Source: Nemertoderma westbladi (Eukaryota; Animalia; Xenacoelomorpha). From it: a DNA stretch of 64,000 bases. The notes below the pieces were generated by a model. It was not told the origin of the DNA and made no database searches. It saw nothing but the letters and a program-made list of their open reading frames with translations. Shown here piece after piece: positions 25,089 to 35,471 of the stretch. Made by a program: the position numbers and the translations under genes. How positions within the stretch are numbered: the stretch's first letter is position 1; each line of letters begins with the position of its first letter. The stretch lies in assembly GCA_032718475.1 (NCBI GenBank), contig JAUCBJ010006703.1, forward strand, positions 1 through 64,000. Direction: 5' to 3'.

Positions 25089-26606
25089 TCCTCGACCGCC
25101 GTGTCTGTTAATTAGAATTAGATGGAACTCAATTGCTTTACTTTGTTGACGATCATGTTATAATCGGATGATGAAACATTAACAATAATATTCTGATTAA
25201 ATTCCCCATTTGTTGTTAAATTATCTCCTATGACGTGATTTCGATATTATATTGACTATAAATTGTATAAGCTACAGTGTGCTCGGGTGTGCTAGATAAC
25301 TACTAAAACGCCAACTAAAATTATTAGTACCGGATGTATTTATTTACATAATAAGTTTTAGAAATAATTTATGGAAACTAATAACTATCTATTAAATTTT
25401 TCACTATTTATAATATTTTAATATTATTCGGCTATTTTTGACTATAATATATTACTATAATACTAGAGGTTTCTAAATCAACTGTTCTATAATGTTGGGA
25501 GTGTGTTCGATCCTCTTTCGGGTAATTATCAACAAAATTGCGTAATAATGAAAATACAGAATAATAAACTATTTATAGGCTTTTGTTTTTAAACTGAGTT
25601 TATATGAATTTAATTCCAAAATTATCACCATTCCAAAGTTCTATATTTTTGGTGAATTTTCTCAGCCTTTGAGTCGATATTGATCTATTTATACCTAACC
25701 TAAACTATTGTGCGGTGTTGCTAGGATACAAGGTAAACAATTGAATGTTGCTTTTACCGGCTACTATAAGTTTTTAACTTTTCGTTAATATAACGTGGGA
25801 TGCTAACCCACCCACACCCAGGACACCTATCGCACCCACAAAGTGCTGTAAAATAGAAAAAATTCCTATTTAATTTAAAAAAGTAATCAACATACTAAAA
25901 AGTTATTGGGAAATTAGTATCTGCAGTACCTATTCAGGAAGGTAGGTAGACTTGCGCTGATATCGTTTATTGTGTAATGTGAATTGTCCAACACATCTAT
26001 CGTTAAGAAGTAATGGATTGAATTTTAACGTACAACTTTCCTGTACTAATATAATATTTTCCACTGAATTATTTCTTATTGTGCGATTCAGCTGTACCTA
26101 TTCCCTTTACTTATTCCCTACTATTCTACTTATTCCCTTAATAATTAACAGTTTATTATTAATATCTTGGCCATATCAACCCGTATTGTTTTATTATTTA
26201 TTGTACAGCCCGGGTGGGTGTGCCTTATATGATTTAATACACTGCATTACATTGCTACTATTCCATCTATTTATAGCTGGCTGGTGTTTTATATAAGTAT
26301 TCATAATAATCTAATATCACAATAACAGTAATTTAAAGCGTGGCGTTTTATTATTTTTTTCTTTATTAATTATACAATAATTTCATATAAAAATGTCGGT
26401 TCTCGGATGAAGGTTGCCTGCTGTCGGTTATCATCTACTGCGTGTCCGCTCTCGGTGGTCTGCTGACGGCGTAACGTTTACACCCGTCAGCACGTCAGTC
26501 AGTTTGAAAATACAGTAACATGTAATAAACTTTCGGTAATATTGCTGGCGAGTTTAACAACTTAATGCATAAAGATTTCACAAGTTTATTTATAAAATGA
26601 AACCCT

Positions 26607-27349
26607 CCACCCGGGTGGAAAGTAGTTTCCACACCCGGGTGGTAAGTCATTTCCACACGGGTGGTATGTAGTTTCCACCCGGGTGGTAAGTATTTTTCAC
26701 CCGGGTGGTATGTAGTTTTCACCCGGGTGGTATGTAGTTTCCACCCGGGTGGTAAGTAGTTTCCACCCGGGTGGTAAGTAGTTTCCACACGGGTGGTATG
26801 TAGTTTCCACCCGGGTGGTAAGTATTTTTCACCCGGGTGGTATGTAGTTTCCACCCGGGTGGTAAGTATTTTTCACCCGGGTGGTATGTAGTTTCCACCC
26901 GGGTGGTAAGTAGTTTCCACCCGGGTGGTAAGTAGTTTCCACACGGGTGGTATGTAGTTTCCACCCGGGTGGTAAGTATTTTTCACCCGGGTGGTATGTA
27001 GTTTCCACACGGGTGGTATGTAGTTTCCACCCGGGTGGTAAGTAGTTTTCACCCGGGTGGTATGTAGTTTCCACCCGGGTGGTAAGTAGTTTTCACACGG
27101 GTGGTAAGTAGTTTCCACCCGGGTGGTATGTAGTTTCCACCCGGGTGGTAAGTAGTTTTCACCCGGGTGGTATGTAGTTTTCACCCGGGTGGTAAGTAGT
27201 TTTCACCCGGGTGGTATGTAGTTTCCACCAGGGTGGTAAGTAGTTTCCACCCGGGTGGTAAGTAGTTTCCACCCGGGTGGTAAGTATTTTTCACCCGGGT
27301 GGTATGTAGTTTCCACCCGGGTGGTATGTAGTTTCCACCCGGGTGGAAA
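26607..27349. repeat. Minisatellite C: 22-bp unit CCACCCGGGTGGTAWGTAGTTT containing the 12-bp palindrome CCACCCGGGTGG
   Basis: About 34 directly visible tandem copies; ends in the 18-bp palindrome TTTCCACCCGGGTGGAAA. Confidence 0.96.
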
Positions 27350-27540
27350 TTGGCCACATTCAGCCACCGTACGATGGTAAGTTTAATTTCAACAATAGGC
27401 AAATGTGGTTCACATTGCGGTTCAATATTACTTTCACTGGAAGGCGCCCAACGTCTTTCGCTAAGGTTGGAGGAAGCGGCTTTCAGCGAAATTATGGCAT
27501 ATAATGTACAATTATCTTGACACTTGAAAGTAACCGCTTG

Positions 27541-27742
27541 GACGTAACCGCCTCCGCTTTGCAAGACATTGATTTTGCCGTGAGGACCAGCCAGTGCATA
27601 ATCTTGTGCTTTGGCGGCCTCATGGGTGAGTAAGCATGGTGGACAGCCCATGATTTTCTTGCGACACTCTTAAGGACACTGCCCTTGAAGATGCGGATGA
27701 TCTAGTAAATTCATGGGTGATAGGGAGTTGTGGCGGTGCAAT
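27541..27742 (+). mobile_element. 3' region of RTE-like LINE, copy 3 (decayed)
   Basis: Reverse complement of 16740-16892. Reads RLRFARH*..EDQPVHNLVLWRPHG with stops and frameshifts. Confidence 0.68.
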
Positions 27743-28389
27743 CAATATTTGTTGGATATTGTATTTTCAATTTTATTTTATATTTTGGAGGCAATAAAAT
27801 AAGAAATAAATAAATTATAAATCAAAACACAAAATTTATTAATACTAAAGTACTTCTAATTCATATCTCGAAATCTACTGAAGCGAAGCCATTAAATGTT
27901 TATTTGCCTCACCTGAAAGAGGACATATATAGTTAGGGACAAGTACTTTCGACGAGCTAGACATATTGTTTCAGGGATTCTATCTAAGAGAAAAAACTGG
28001 CACACGAATTTAAGGAGCTTTGCAGCAGCTTGGCGGGTCGTGTATCTATATAGTTAGTAGGCTATAAACTCAAATATGATAACCTACCAGACGTTCCTCA
28101 CCTTGTGGCACCTTTGCCTTGTACCGAATCTGAAGTAGACTCACTTTGCGCCAACCCTACTACTAATAGCAATACTAGGTCGAGCGAGCAAAGAAAGCCA
28201 TCAATTCCTTGTTCAAGTGATTCCGTCAGTGTCCAGGTCTCACCCCCTTAGAAGCCCTTTTATTCAGTAGATGCTGTGCATCAGCTAGCGTATTAGAAAT
28301 CAGGACGATGGATTGGACATTTTTAATGCATCACTTTAGTTTTAAAAGACTTACCTAGCAAACTGTAAATGAGATATCTGGTTGGAAAA

Positions 28390-29062
28390 GCCTCCAAGCT
28401 GATAGTCCTGAAGAAAGTATTGGGAAATGGAAAGATCACTTCAGCAACTTGCTTGGGCAGCCACCAAACATTGAGGTCAGCCCTACAATGAAAATATATG
28501 ACAAGACACTACCTATAGAAACAGGGGACTTCATACCTGCCGAACTCCAAAGAAGCATTAAAAGCATGTCCAATAATAAAGCGAGTGGATTAGATGAAAT
28601 CCCAGCGGAGGTAGGGAAAACAGGACTGTGCTAAACAGACCATTATTGGATATTTGCAACAGGATGCATGCTGAAAGGGGAAAGGCCACCACCAATTTGG
28701 ACTAAAGGTCAACTAAAGCCTCTCCACAAGAAACGAGACCTCGGTATACCAACAAACTATCGTGGGATCTGTCTGCTTGTGGTAGCTGCCAAAATATACA
28801 ATAAAATGATTCTATATAGGATTAGGCCTCACATAGAGAAACTACTGCGTAAGAGCCAAAACGGATTTCGACCAAATAGATCAACAACCAGAATCAACAA
28901 GAATCTTGCACTACGGAGACTGATTGAATGAATTAAGTCAAAGAATCTACCCGCAGTTCTGACATTTGTGGACTTCACGAAAGCATTCGACTCCATCCAT
29001 AGAGGTAAAATGCTGGAAATCCTAAGAGCTTATGGAATACCAGAATAAATTGTCGCTGGCAT
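28390..29062 (+). mobile_element. Decayed non-LTR (RTE-like) reverse transcriptase fragment
   Basis: WKDHFSNLLG; IKSMSNNKASGLDEIPAE; KPLHKKRDL..TNYRGICLL..AKIYNKMIL.RIRPHIEKLLRKSQNGFRPNRST; LRRLIE*..LTFVDFTKAFDSIHRGKMLEILRAYGIPE. Frameshifted, with in-frame stops, and truncated before the YADD motif. Confidence 0.9.
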
Positions 29063-30603
29063 TGGATTGTTTAACGGAACTCAATATCCAATATTGGTTT
29101 ATGTTGTTAAGCGGTTCTCTAGTTCGTAATAAATATTCGATAACACTAAATTATTTAACATTGAGTAAGGCAGCTTCAGGAGTTGAAAAGTACAATAATT
29201 TGAATAGCAGAAACTATGGAAGCAATATAGTAAAATACTGCAGTTCAATTTATTTTGTAACACAACAACTGTACCGTAGAATTAAGCAACAAAGAAGTAC
29301 CAATTTAAAAATACAATTACGTATTACATGGGAAAAAATACGTAGAATATTTGTTCAATATTCTCTCGACCCTTTATTAACCTCGCTGACGCTCGGTAAA
29401 TAAAATGCCTCGAGAATAATGAAAAAAAAAATTTCCCATGTAGTCAAGTAGACAGTACCGACCACCGTTCAAATTGGGTATGACTGCAGTTTTTTTTGCT
29501 GAAAGTGTTAACTTGTATAAACCATTTGAAATTATGTTATATTTCACATAGTCCGCATTGAGCAATTTTTTCTGGAACACTATTTATCTTAACGACAGAT
29601 TTTTTACATAGCAACAATAATGAATTAGCACGCAGGGGTATATTTATCTATTTAGACACTGGTCAATCATAAATAAGGAGAAACCAAGCTCGAGAAAATA
29701 AAAATGTAAGGAATAAGGATTATGTTTGCAGTTATGAGTTACAAATTTTGTAACATTGCAGTGTTATGGCAAACACTGTTACAGGCAGTGAACATGTAAT
29801 ACATACAAGGCTCGGTGTGCAATTTGGAGCTCATCACTGTGGCCAAGTAATGCACCGACATACCTGTCTGTCAGGAATATATGCTGTCAGCACCCTAACT
29901 CTCGCTAGACGTGTATCCCCCAAGAACTGGTGGAAAATATGTTGGAAATATGTTAATTCGAATGTGGACTTTGTGGCCGACGCATTTATGGACAGAATGG
30001 CGCAGGTTTATCCTTTTCGAAGTACTGTAGCAGTGGTTACCCAGACTGAGATGTTGTTTCTGTAAGGTCAAGGTGATGTCCGGTATTACCAGTGGACCGT
30101 GAAATGAAAGGTGAAAGACTGTCGATGAAACAACTTCTGCATTTGCAGTAATTACTTTTAGTTGAATGTTTGATAATATATTTATTAACACGTTATCACT
30201 GTCCTTGTTCGCACACTTGCAATAAAAATTGAAATCCCAATTTACAAATTGCTCCCACATCCAACCAAAGTTTGTAGGCTATAGTGGCGACTGCCGGCTG
30301 CATATTATCTACAGCCGCTCTCCAGAATAATACTTGCGAGCCCGCTCTTCTTATATTCATTCTTGACTGCTGCAGTTTCCTTTAATTCTAAATTTTACAT
30401 CTGAAATAAATAACTTAATAAATAAATATTATATTAATAAATATTTTGTGCAAGATAATTCGCAATGCTAGGTTAGCTTTGCAGGAATTAAAAGTTCTAG
30501 GAATTCGAATAATATATCAATATCTGCATTATACAATAGTAAAAAAAACAAATCAAACAGTCGGACTGAAGGCATCTCTTCGAAGATAGGGAGGACCTTT
30601 AGT

Positions 30604-30740
30604 CGCAATCAAAATTCATCCCTCTCCAGGGAAAATCGACGCAAATAACAGCTGGTTACTCCCAAAAATAAAACTGTAACCTGTTCTGTTGACTTTCGTT
30701 TATCATTTTGGTTAGAATAACGTGCCACTGTAACATGCTT
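30604..30740 (+). repeat. Dispersed ~135-bp repeat, copy 1 (copy 2 at 33843-33980)
   Basis: CGCAAT.AAAATTCATCCCTCTCCAGGG...CGACGCAAATAACAGCTG...AAAAATAAAACTGTAACCTGTTCT...AATAACGTGCCA.TGTAAC is shared with 33843-33980. Confidence 0.8.
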
Positions 30741-30869
30741 CTGTCTCCCTCTTCAGTAGCTGCTACCCGAAGGTATGTCTGGTGCTACTCGTATCCCAAG
30801 GTTTGCTCCCAGTAATTCAACAGGTACTAATTTTATCGACCCCAGTGAATGAAAGAAGGTCGAGCAGAA

Positions 30870-31762
30870 TGAGAACCAACCTGTTGAAACTTAGAAAGAC
30901 ACTAAATATTGCTACAATGAACGCACGCACTCTAAAACTGCTTAGCAAACATTATTGCAGCTCTGACAATGGAATATTACATCGACATCATTTGTATTCA
31001 AGAATATCAGATTAGTCATGAGACATTGCCATCAAGTATAATGAATGACATTTGAAATGGACGTTTATAACGTCCATCCACTTCCAGTCTGCAAATTCAG
31101 CAGAAAGCAATTCTGGAATCAATTTTAATTGGTTGAGTATGAATTCTCCTAAGTCCATTTACACTTCTGACACTAAACCCCATCGAATATAAAAATTCCA
31201 GGATCATAAACTAATATAATTACAACATTTTTGGTGGGAATCACAAGACAACAGCAATGTGTTGCTACAGTCCAACCAATAATGCATCAGAGACAGAACA
31301 AACAGTCAAGGACTAGACGATTTGAAAGGGCTTATACAGTCATTGATACCTACAAACACCACATTCGAAAAGAGTAAGGATGGACATTTAACTGCGAGGC
31401 ATACAGTAGTCAGCTCGTTCAACCTAATTTGTTCGGACCAGACCAGACTGCAGAGCTCAGACTCAGTTTGAGAGCCAGTAAACTCAGGACAAGCAAGCAA
31501 ATCAACTATAACTGGGAGAAACTCAGAACTGACAATGCAGTAAAGGAAGCTCACACAGTAGAAGTTCAAAATCGCAAGAGAGAAGATGTTAAGATACTCC
31601 TACTCCAAAGTAAAAACTGAACAACCAACAGCCGAAAACATCAACAAGGTTGAGAAAGCTAAACAACTAGGCACCTGCCGAACTCCAAAGAAGTATTAAA
31701 AGCATGTCCAATTATAAAGCGAGTAGTGGATTAGGTGAAATCCCTGAAGAGGTATGGAAATT
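30870..31762 (+). mobile_element. Decayed APE-endonuclease region of an RTE-like LINE with internal deletions
   Basis: Remnants LNIATMNARTL, CYSPTNNASE, LRLSLRASK and YNWEKLRTD. 31673-31760 is nearly identical to 28535-28619 of the RT fragment. It ends at a G15 tract. Confidence 0.7.
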
Positions 31763-32255
31763 TGGGGGGGGGGGGGGGCTACCTGAATAACGACACTATA
31801 TTCCAGTACATGTTGTAAAGTTATACGTGTGTCATTATATTGTCTTTCATGTAGAACTTATGATCGATCTGGGACTATTACTCTGGTCATTTAGGGGACA
31901 GGGATATTAAGGATCTGATGTCTGAAAAGCATCAACTGAGAACATCAAAAATATTATTCTAAATTGTGGGAACAGCGAAAAAGCAATTTGTACAAGTAAA
32001 GTAATGATTATTTCGGTGTGGTGGTAAAGCTGTCTCAGAATTTAGTAGGTTTAATTAATGTTATTCTATGTAAAAGTGCGATATATTATATATGATATTT
32101 TATGTGTGTCTTATAAGCCGATGTCGGCTGGGGGCTATGGCCCAGGACGATAAGGAGCCCTTATAATTACCTACTATTTCCTGATTGATTTTAAACCGGG
32201 TACCTAGCAACGCCATCAGCTGGTTTCAAAATTCCACATTAATTGCCGTAGCAGG

Positions 32256-33740
32256 AGCCCTTAAAAATACTAAAGTCAATATTTCGGAAGCCCTTAAAAC
32301 AACTGGAGTCACTATTTCGGAAGCCCTTAAAACAACTGGAGTCACTATTTCGGAAGCCCTTAAAAAAACTAGTGTCACTATTTCCGAAGCCCTTAAAACA
32401 ACTAGAGTCACTATTTCGGAAGCCCTTAAAACAACTAGAGTCACTATTTCCGAAGCCCTTAAAACAACTGGAGTCACTATTTCGGAAGCCCTTAAAACAA
32501 CTGAGTCACTATTTCGGAAGCCCTTAAAACAACTAGAGTCACTATTTCGGAAGCCCTTAAAACAACTAGAGTCACTATTTCGGAAGCCCTTAAAACAACT
32601 AGAGTCACTATTTCGGAAGCCCTTAAAACAACTAGAGTCACTATTTCGGAAGCCCTTAAAACAACTAGAGTCACTATTTCGGAAGCCCTTAAAACAACTA
32701 GAGTCACTATTTCGGAAGCCCTTAAAACAACTAGAGTCACTATTTCGGAAGCCCTTAAAACAACTAGAGTCACTATTTCGGAAGCCCTTAAAACAACTAG
32801 AGTCACTATTTCGGAAGCCCTTAAAACAACTAGAGTCACTATTTCTGAAGCCCTTAAAACAACTAGAGTCACTATTTCGGAAGCCCTTAAAACAACTAGA
32901 GTCACTATTTCGGAAGCCCTTAAAACAACTAGAGTCACTATATCGGAAGCCCTTAAAACAAATAGTCATTATTTCGGAAGCCCTTAAAACAACTAAAAGT
33001 CACTATTTCGGAAGCCCTTAAAACAACTAGAGTCACTATATCGGAAGCCCTTAAAACAAATAGTCACTATTTCGGAAGCCCTTAAAACAACTAGAGTCAC
33101 TATTTCCGAAGCCCTTAAAACAATTAGAGTCACTATTTCGGAAGCCCTTAAAACAACTAGAGTCACTATTTCGGAAGCCCTTAAAACAATTAGAGTCACT
33201 ATTTCGGAAGCCCTTAAAACAAATAGTCACTATTTCGGAAGCCCTTAAAACAAATATTTATTATTTCGGAAGCCCTTAAAACAATTAGAGTCACTATTTC
33301 GGAAGCCCTTAAAACAACTAGAGTCACTATTTCGGAAGCCCTCAAAACAACTAGAGTCACTATTTCGGAAGCCCTTAAAACAACTAGAGTCACTATTTCG
33401 GAAGCCCTTAAAACAACTGGAGTCACTATTTCGGAAGCCCTTAAAAAAACTAGTGTCACTATTTCCGAAGCCCTTAAAACAACTAGAGTCACTATTTCGG
33501 AAGCCCTTAAAACAACTAGAGTCACTATTTCCGAAGCCCTTAAAACAACTAGAGTCACTATTTAGGAAGCCCTTAAAACAAATAGTCACTATTTCGGAAG
33601 CCCTTAAAACAACTAGAGTCACTATTTCCGAAGCCCTTAAAACAACTAGAGTCACTATTTCGGAAGCCCTTAAAACAACTAGAGTCACTATTTCGGAAGC
33701 CCTTAAAACAAATAGTCACCATTTCGGAAGCCCTTGAAAC
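32256..33740. repeat. Minisatellite D: 33-bp unit GCCCTTAAAACAACTAGAGTCACTATTTCGGAA (31-bp variants), inside the TIR element
   Basis: About 45 directly visible tandem copies, starting inside the left TIR. Confidence 0.96.
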
Positions 33741-33842
33741 AACCAGAGGCACTATACGGTGACCAGTAACACAGGGCCAGTGACAGAACTGATAATGTCT
33801 GTACTGCTGTATAAACTGCAGTAACTCCTGCAGGGGATCTGA

Positions 33843-33980
33843 ACGCAATAAAAATTCATCCCTCTCCAGGGGAAATTCGACGCAAATAACAGCTGATTAT
33901 TCTCAAAAATAAAACTGTAACCTGTTCTATTGTGCTTAGTTTGTTGTTTTGGTTAAAATAACGTGCCATTGTAACCTGCT
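33843..33980 (+). repeat. Dispersed ~135-bp repeat, copy 2, internal to the TIR element
   Basis: Aligns to 30604-30740. Confidence 0.8.
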
Positions 33981-34756
33981 CCATTCCCTAAATTGAGAAT
34001 TTAACATTGAGGCGGGATATTAATTCGCCAAGGCGGGTTTTGCGTCCAGTTTCACCCCCCCCCCCCCCCCCCCCCCCTGTCTCCTACATAGTACAAAATG
34101 GACTAAGATACTATTGTACTGTACTGTAGTTCAGGCCTTACCCTTAACACCATCCTTAACACTGTAACACAAAGCACAAAACTAATAAAGTTATACTGTG
34201 CAGATATTAATTCATTTTAATTGTGTATTCAATTCAATACTGGGAGAGGGCCCGGTCCAAAAAATTCCCTAAGCAGTTCGCTATCCGTTTGTATACAAAC
34301 AACAATAAGCAGTTGTAGTGGAGAGTTGCAGAGAAAGGTCACTTTGATTTCCAATTCACAATACATATACAACTGTACAGTGTACAGTATACAAGTACAG
34401 AGGATTAGGCATCGTATTAATACAATTACTCTAGTATTTTTAAGGGCCCCTGCTAATTACATGCAATATGGCATTTTGAAACCAGCTGATGGCGCCGGGG
34501 TTGCTAGGTACCCGGTTTAAAACCAATCAGGGAATAGTGATTCTAGTAATTTTAAGGACTCCTAGGACGATAAAGAACTTGGCCCAAACTCATAAAAAGT
34601 GGCCAAAAACGTTTCCCACACGATTCGACTTAATTTTAGAATGATATTTTTTTTGGAACCTAGTAAAGTTATATATATTTTTGAAGATAATTTTATGGCC
34701 CAACAGATGCACAAAAAATCATACTGCCACTGCGACTTTGAAAGATTTTACAGACG

Positions 34757-34893
34757 TTTTAGTACTAAAAAATGCAGGTTTTTCAATTGTCCAAAAAAGT
34801 TGATTGTATTCTGGGGGATGTATTTTTAGTACTAAAAAATGCAGGTTTTTCAATTGTCCAAAAAAGTTGATTGTATTCTGGGGGATGTATTTT
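34757..34893. repeat. Exact 67-bp tandem duplication
   Basis: AGTACTAAAAAATGCAGG...CTGGGGGATGTATT starts at 34761 and again at 34828. Confidence 0.9.
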
Positions 34894-35471
34894 GACATCT
34901 ACTTGGTGTATTTCAACAAGTTATAGCTCATTTTAAAGCTAAATAATAGAGGGATGCAATGGAATAACTTCCAAATTGTTTTATTGATGTCATATTGAAA
35001 TAAAACAATAGATAATATACCCCTATTTTTGACAATTACTTGTCCCAAACGGTAACACCTGAATTCACGAAAAGGTTTTTATTGGGATTCTATAAACTAA
35101 ATTATAATTTGAAAGGAAAATCTTCGGTAAGTTGAACATTCAAGATTTTACGAAAAAATACAAAACACAACCGGAGATATGGCTGGTTTTATACGTGCGA
35201 GTCGATTATGTCAATTAGGTTGTCCCATGTGTAACACCAAGTGCATTGCTTTACCATGCTCTAGAATCAGTTCTAACATACGTGATAGGAAGATTCTAAT
35301 ATCAGCAGAGGCAGGGGATAGCGGCATAAGTGCATGAAGTGTTAGAGGTGGGCGGGCAGAATGTTAAAGTTGTGAGGGGAGCAGTTAGAGGTTGGAGGGA
35401 AAAAGATAGAGGTGCAAGGGGAGCAATCGGAGGGGCGAGAGGAGTAGTTCGGCGTGCGAGTGGAGAAGCGA

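Larger units (their letters stand above)
32153..34563. mobile_element. Non-autonomous TIR element (Mutator/Foldback-like), ~125-140-bp imperfect TIRs, 9-bp TSD AGGACGATA
   Basis: Left end AGGAGCCCTTATAATTAC...CCTGATTGATTTTAAACCGGGTACCTAGCAACGCCATCAGCTGGTTTCAAAAT...AGCAGGAGCCCTTAAAAATACTA. The right end (34425-34563) is its reverse complement. AGGACGATA lies at 32144-32152 and 34564-34572. No transposase ORF. Confidence 0.82.

Noticed and set aside
27900-28260. Coding-like stretch (…HEFKELCSSLAGRVS…KYDNLPDVPHLVAPLPCTESEVDSLCANP…)
   Set aside because: Interrupted by stops and frameshifts, with no recognisable family or supported exon chain.
29766-30130. 99-aa ORF with RHTCLS and a downstream VRYYQWT, vaguely like a decayed Cys-rich DNA transposase
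   Set aside because: The resemblance is too weak to call by eye and there are stops nearby. A tBLASTn or HMM search against transposase libraries is needed.
27541-31762. A single full-length LINE spanning the three plus-strand fragments
   Set aside because: The order is 3' end, RT, then endonuclease, the reverse of an intact element, and one segment occurs in two fragments. They are independent decayed copies.
32185-33848. ORFs (ISEALKTTRVT)n, (ESLFRKPLKQL)n and their antisense versions
   Set aside because: Translations of the 33-bp satellite inside a TIR element; the 31-bp variants break the frame.
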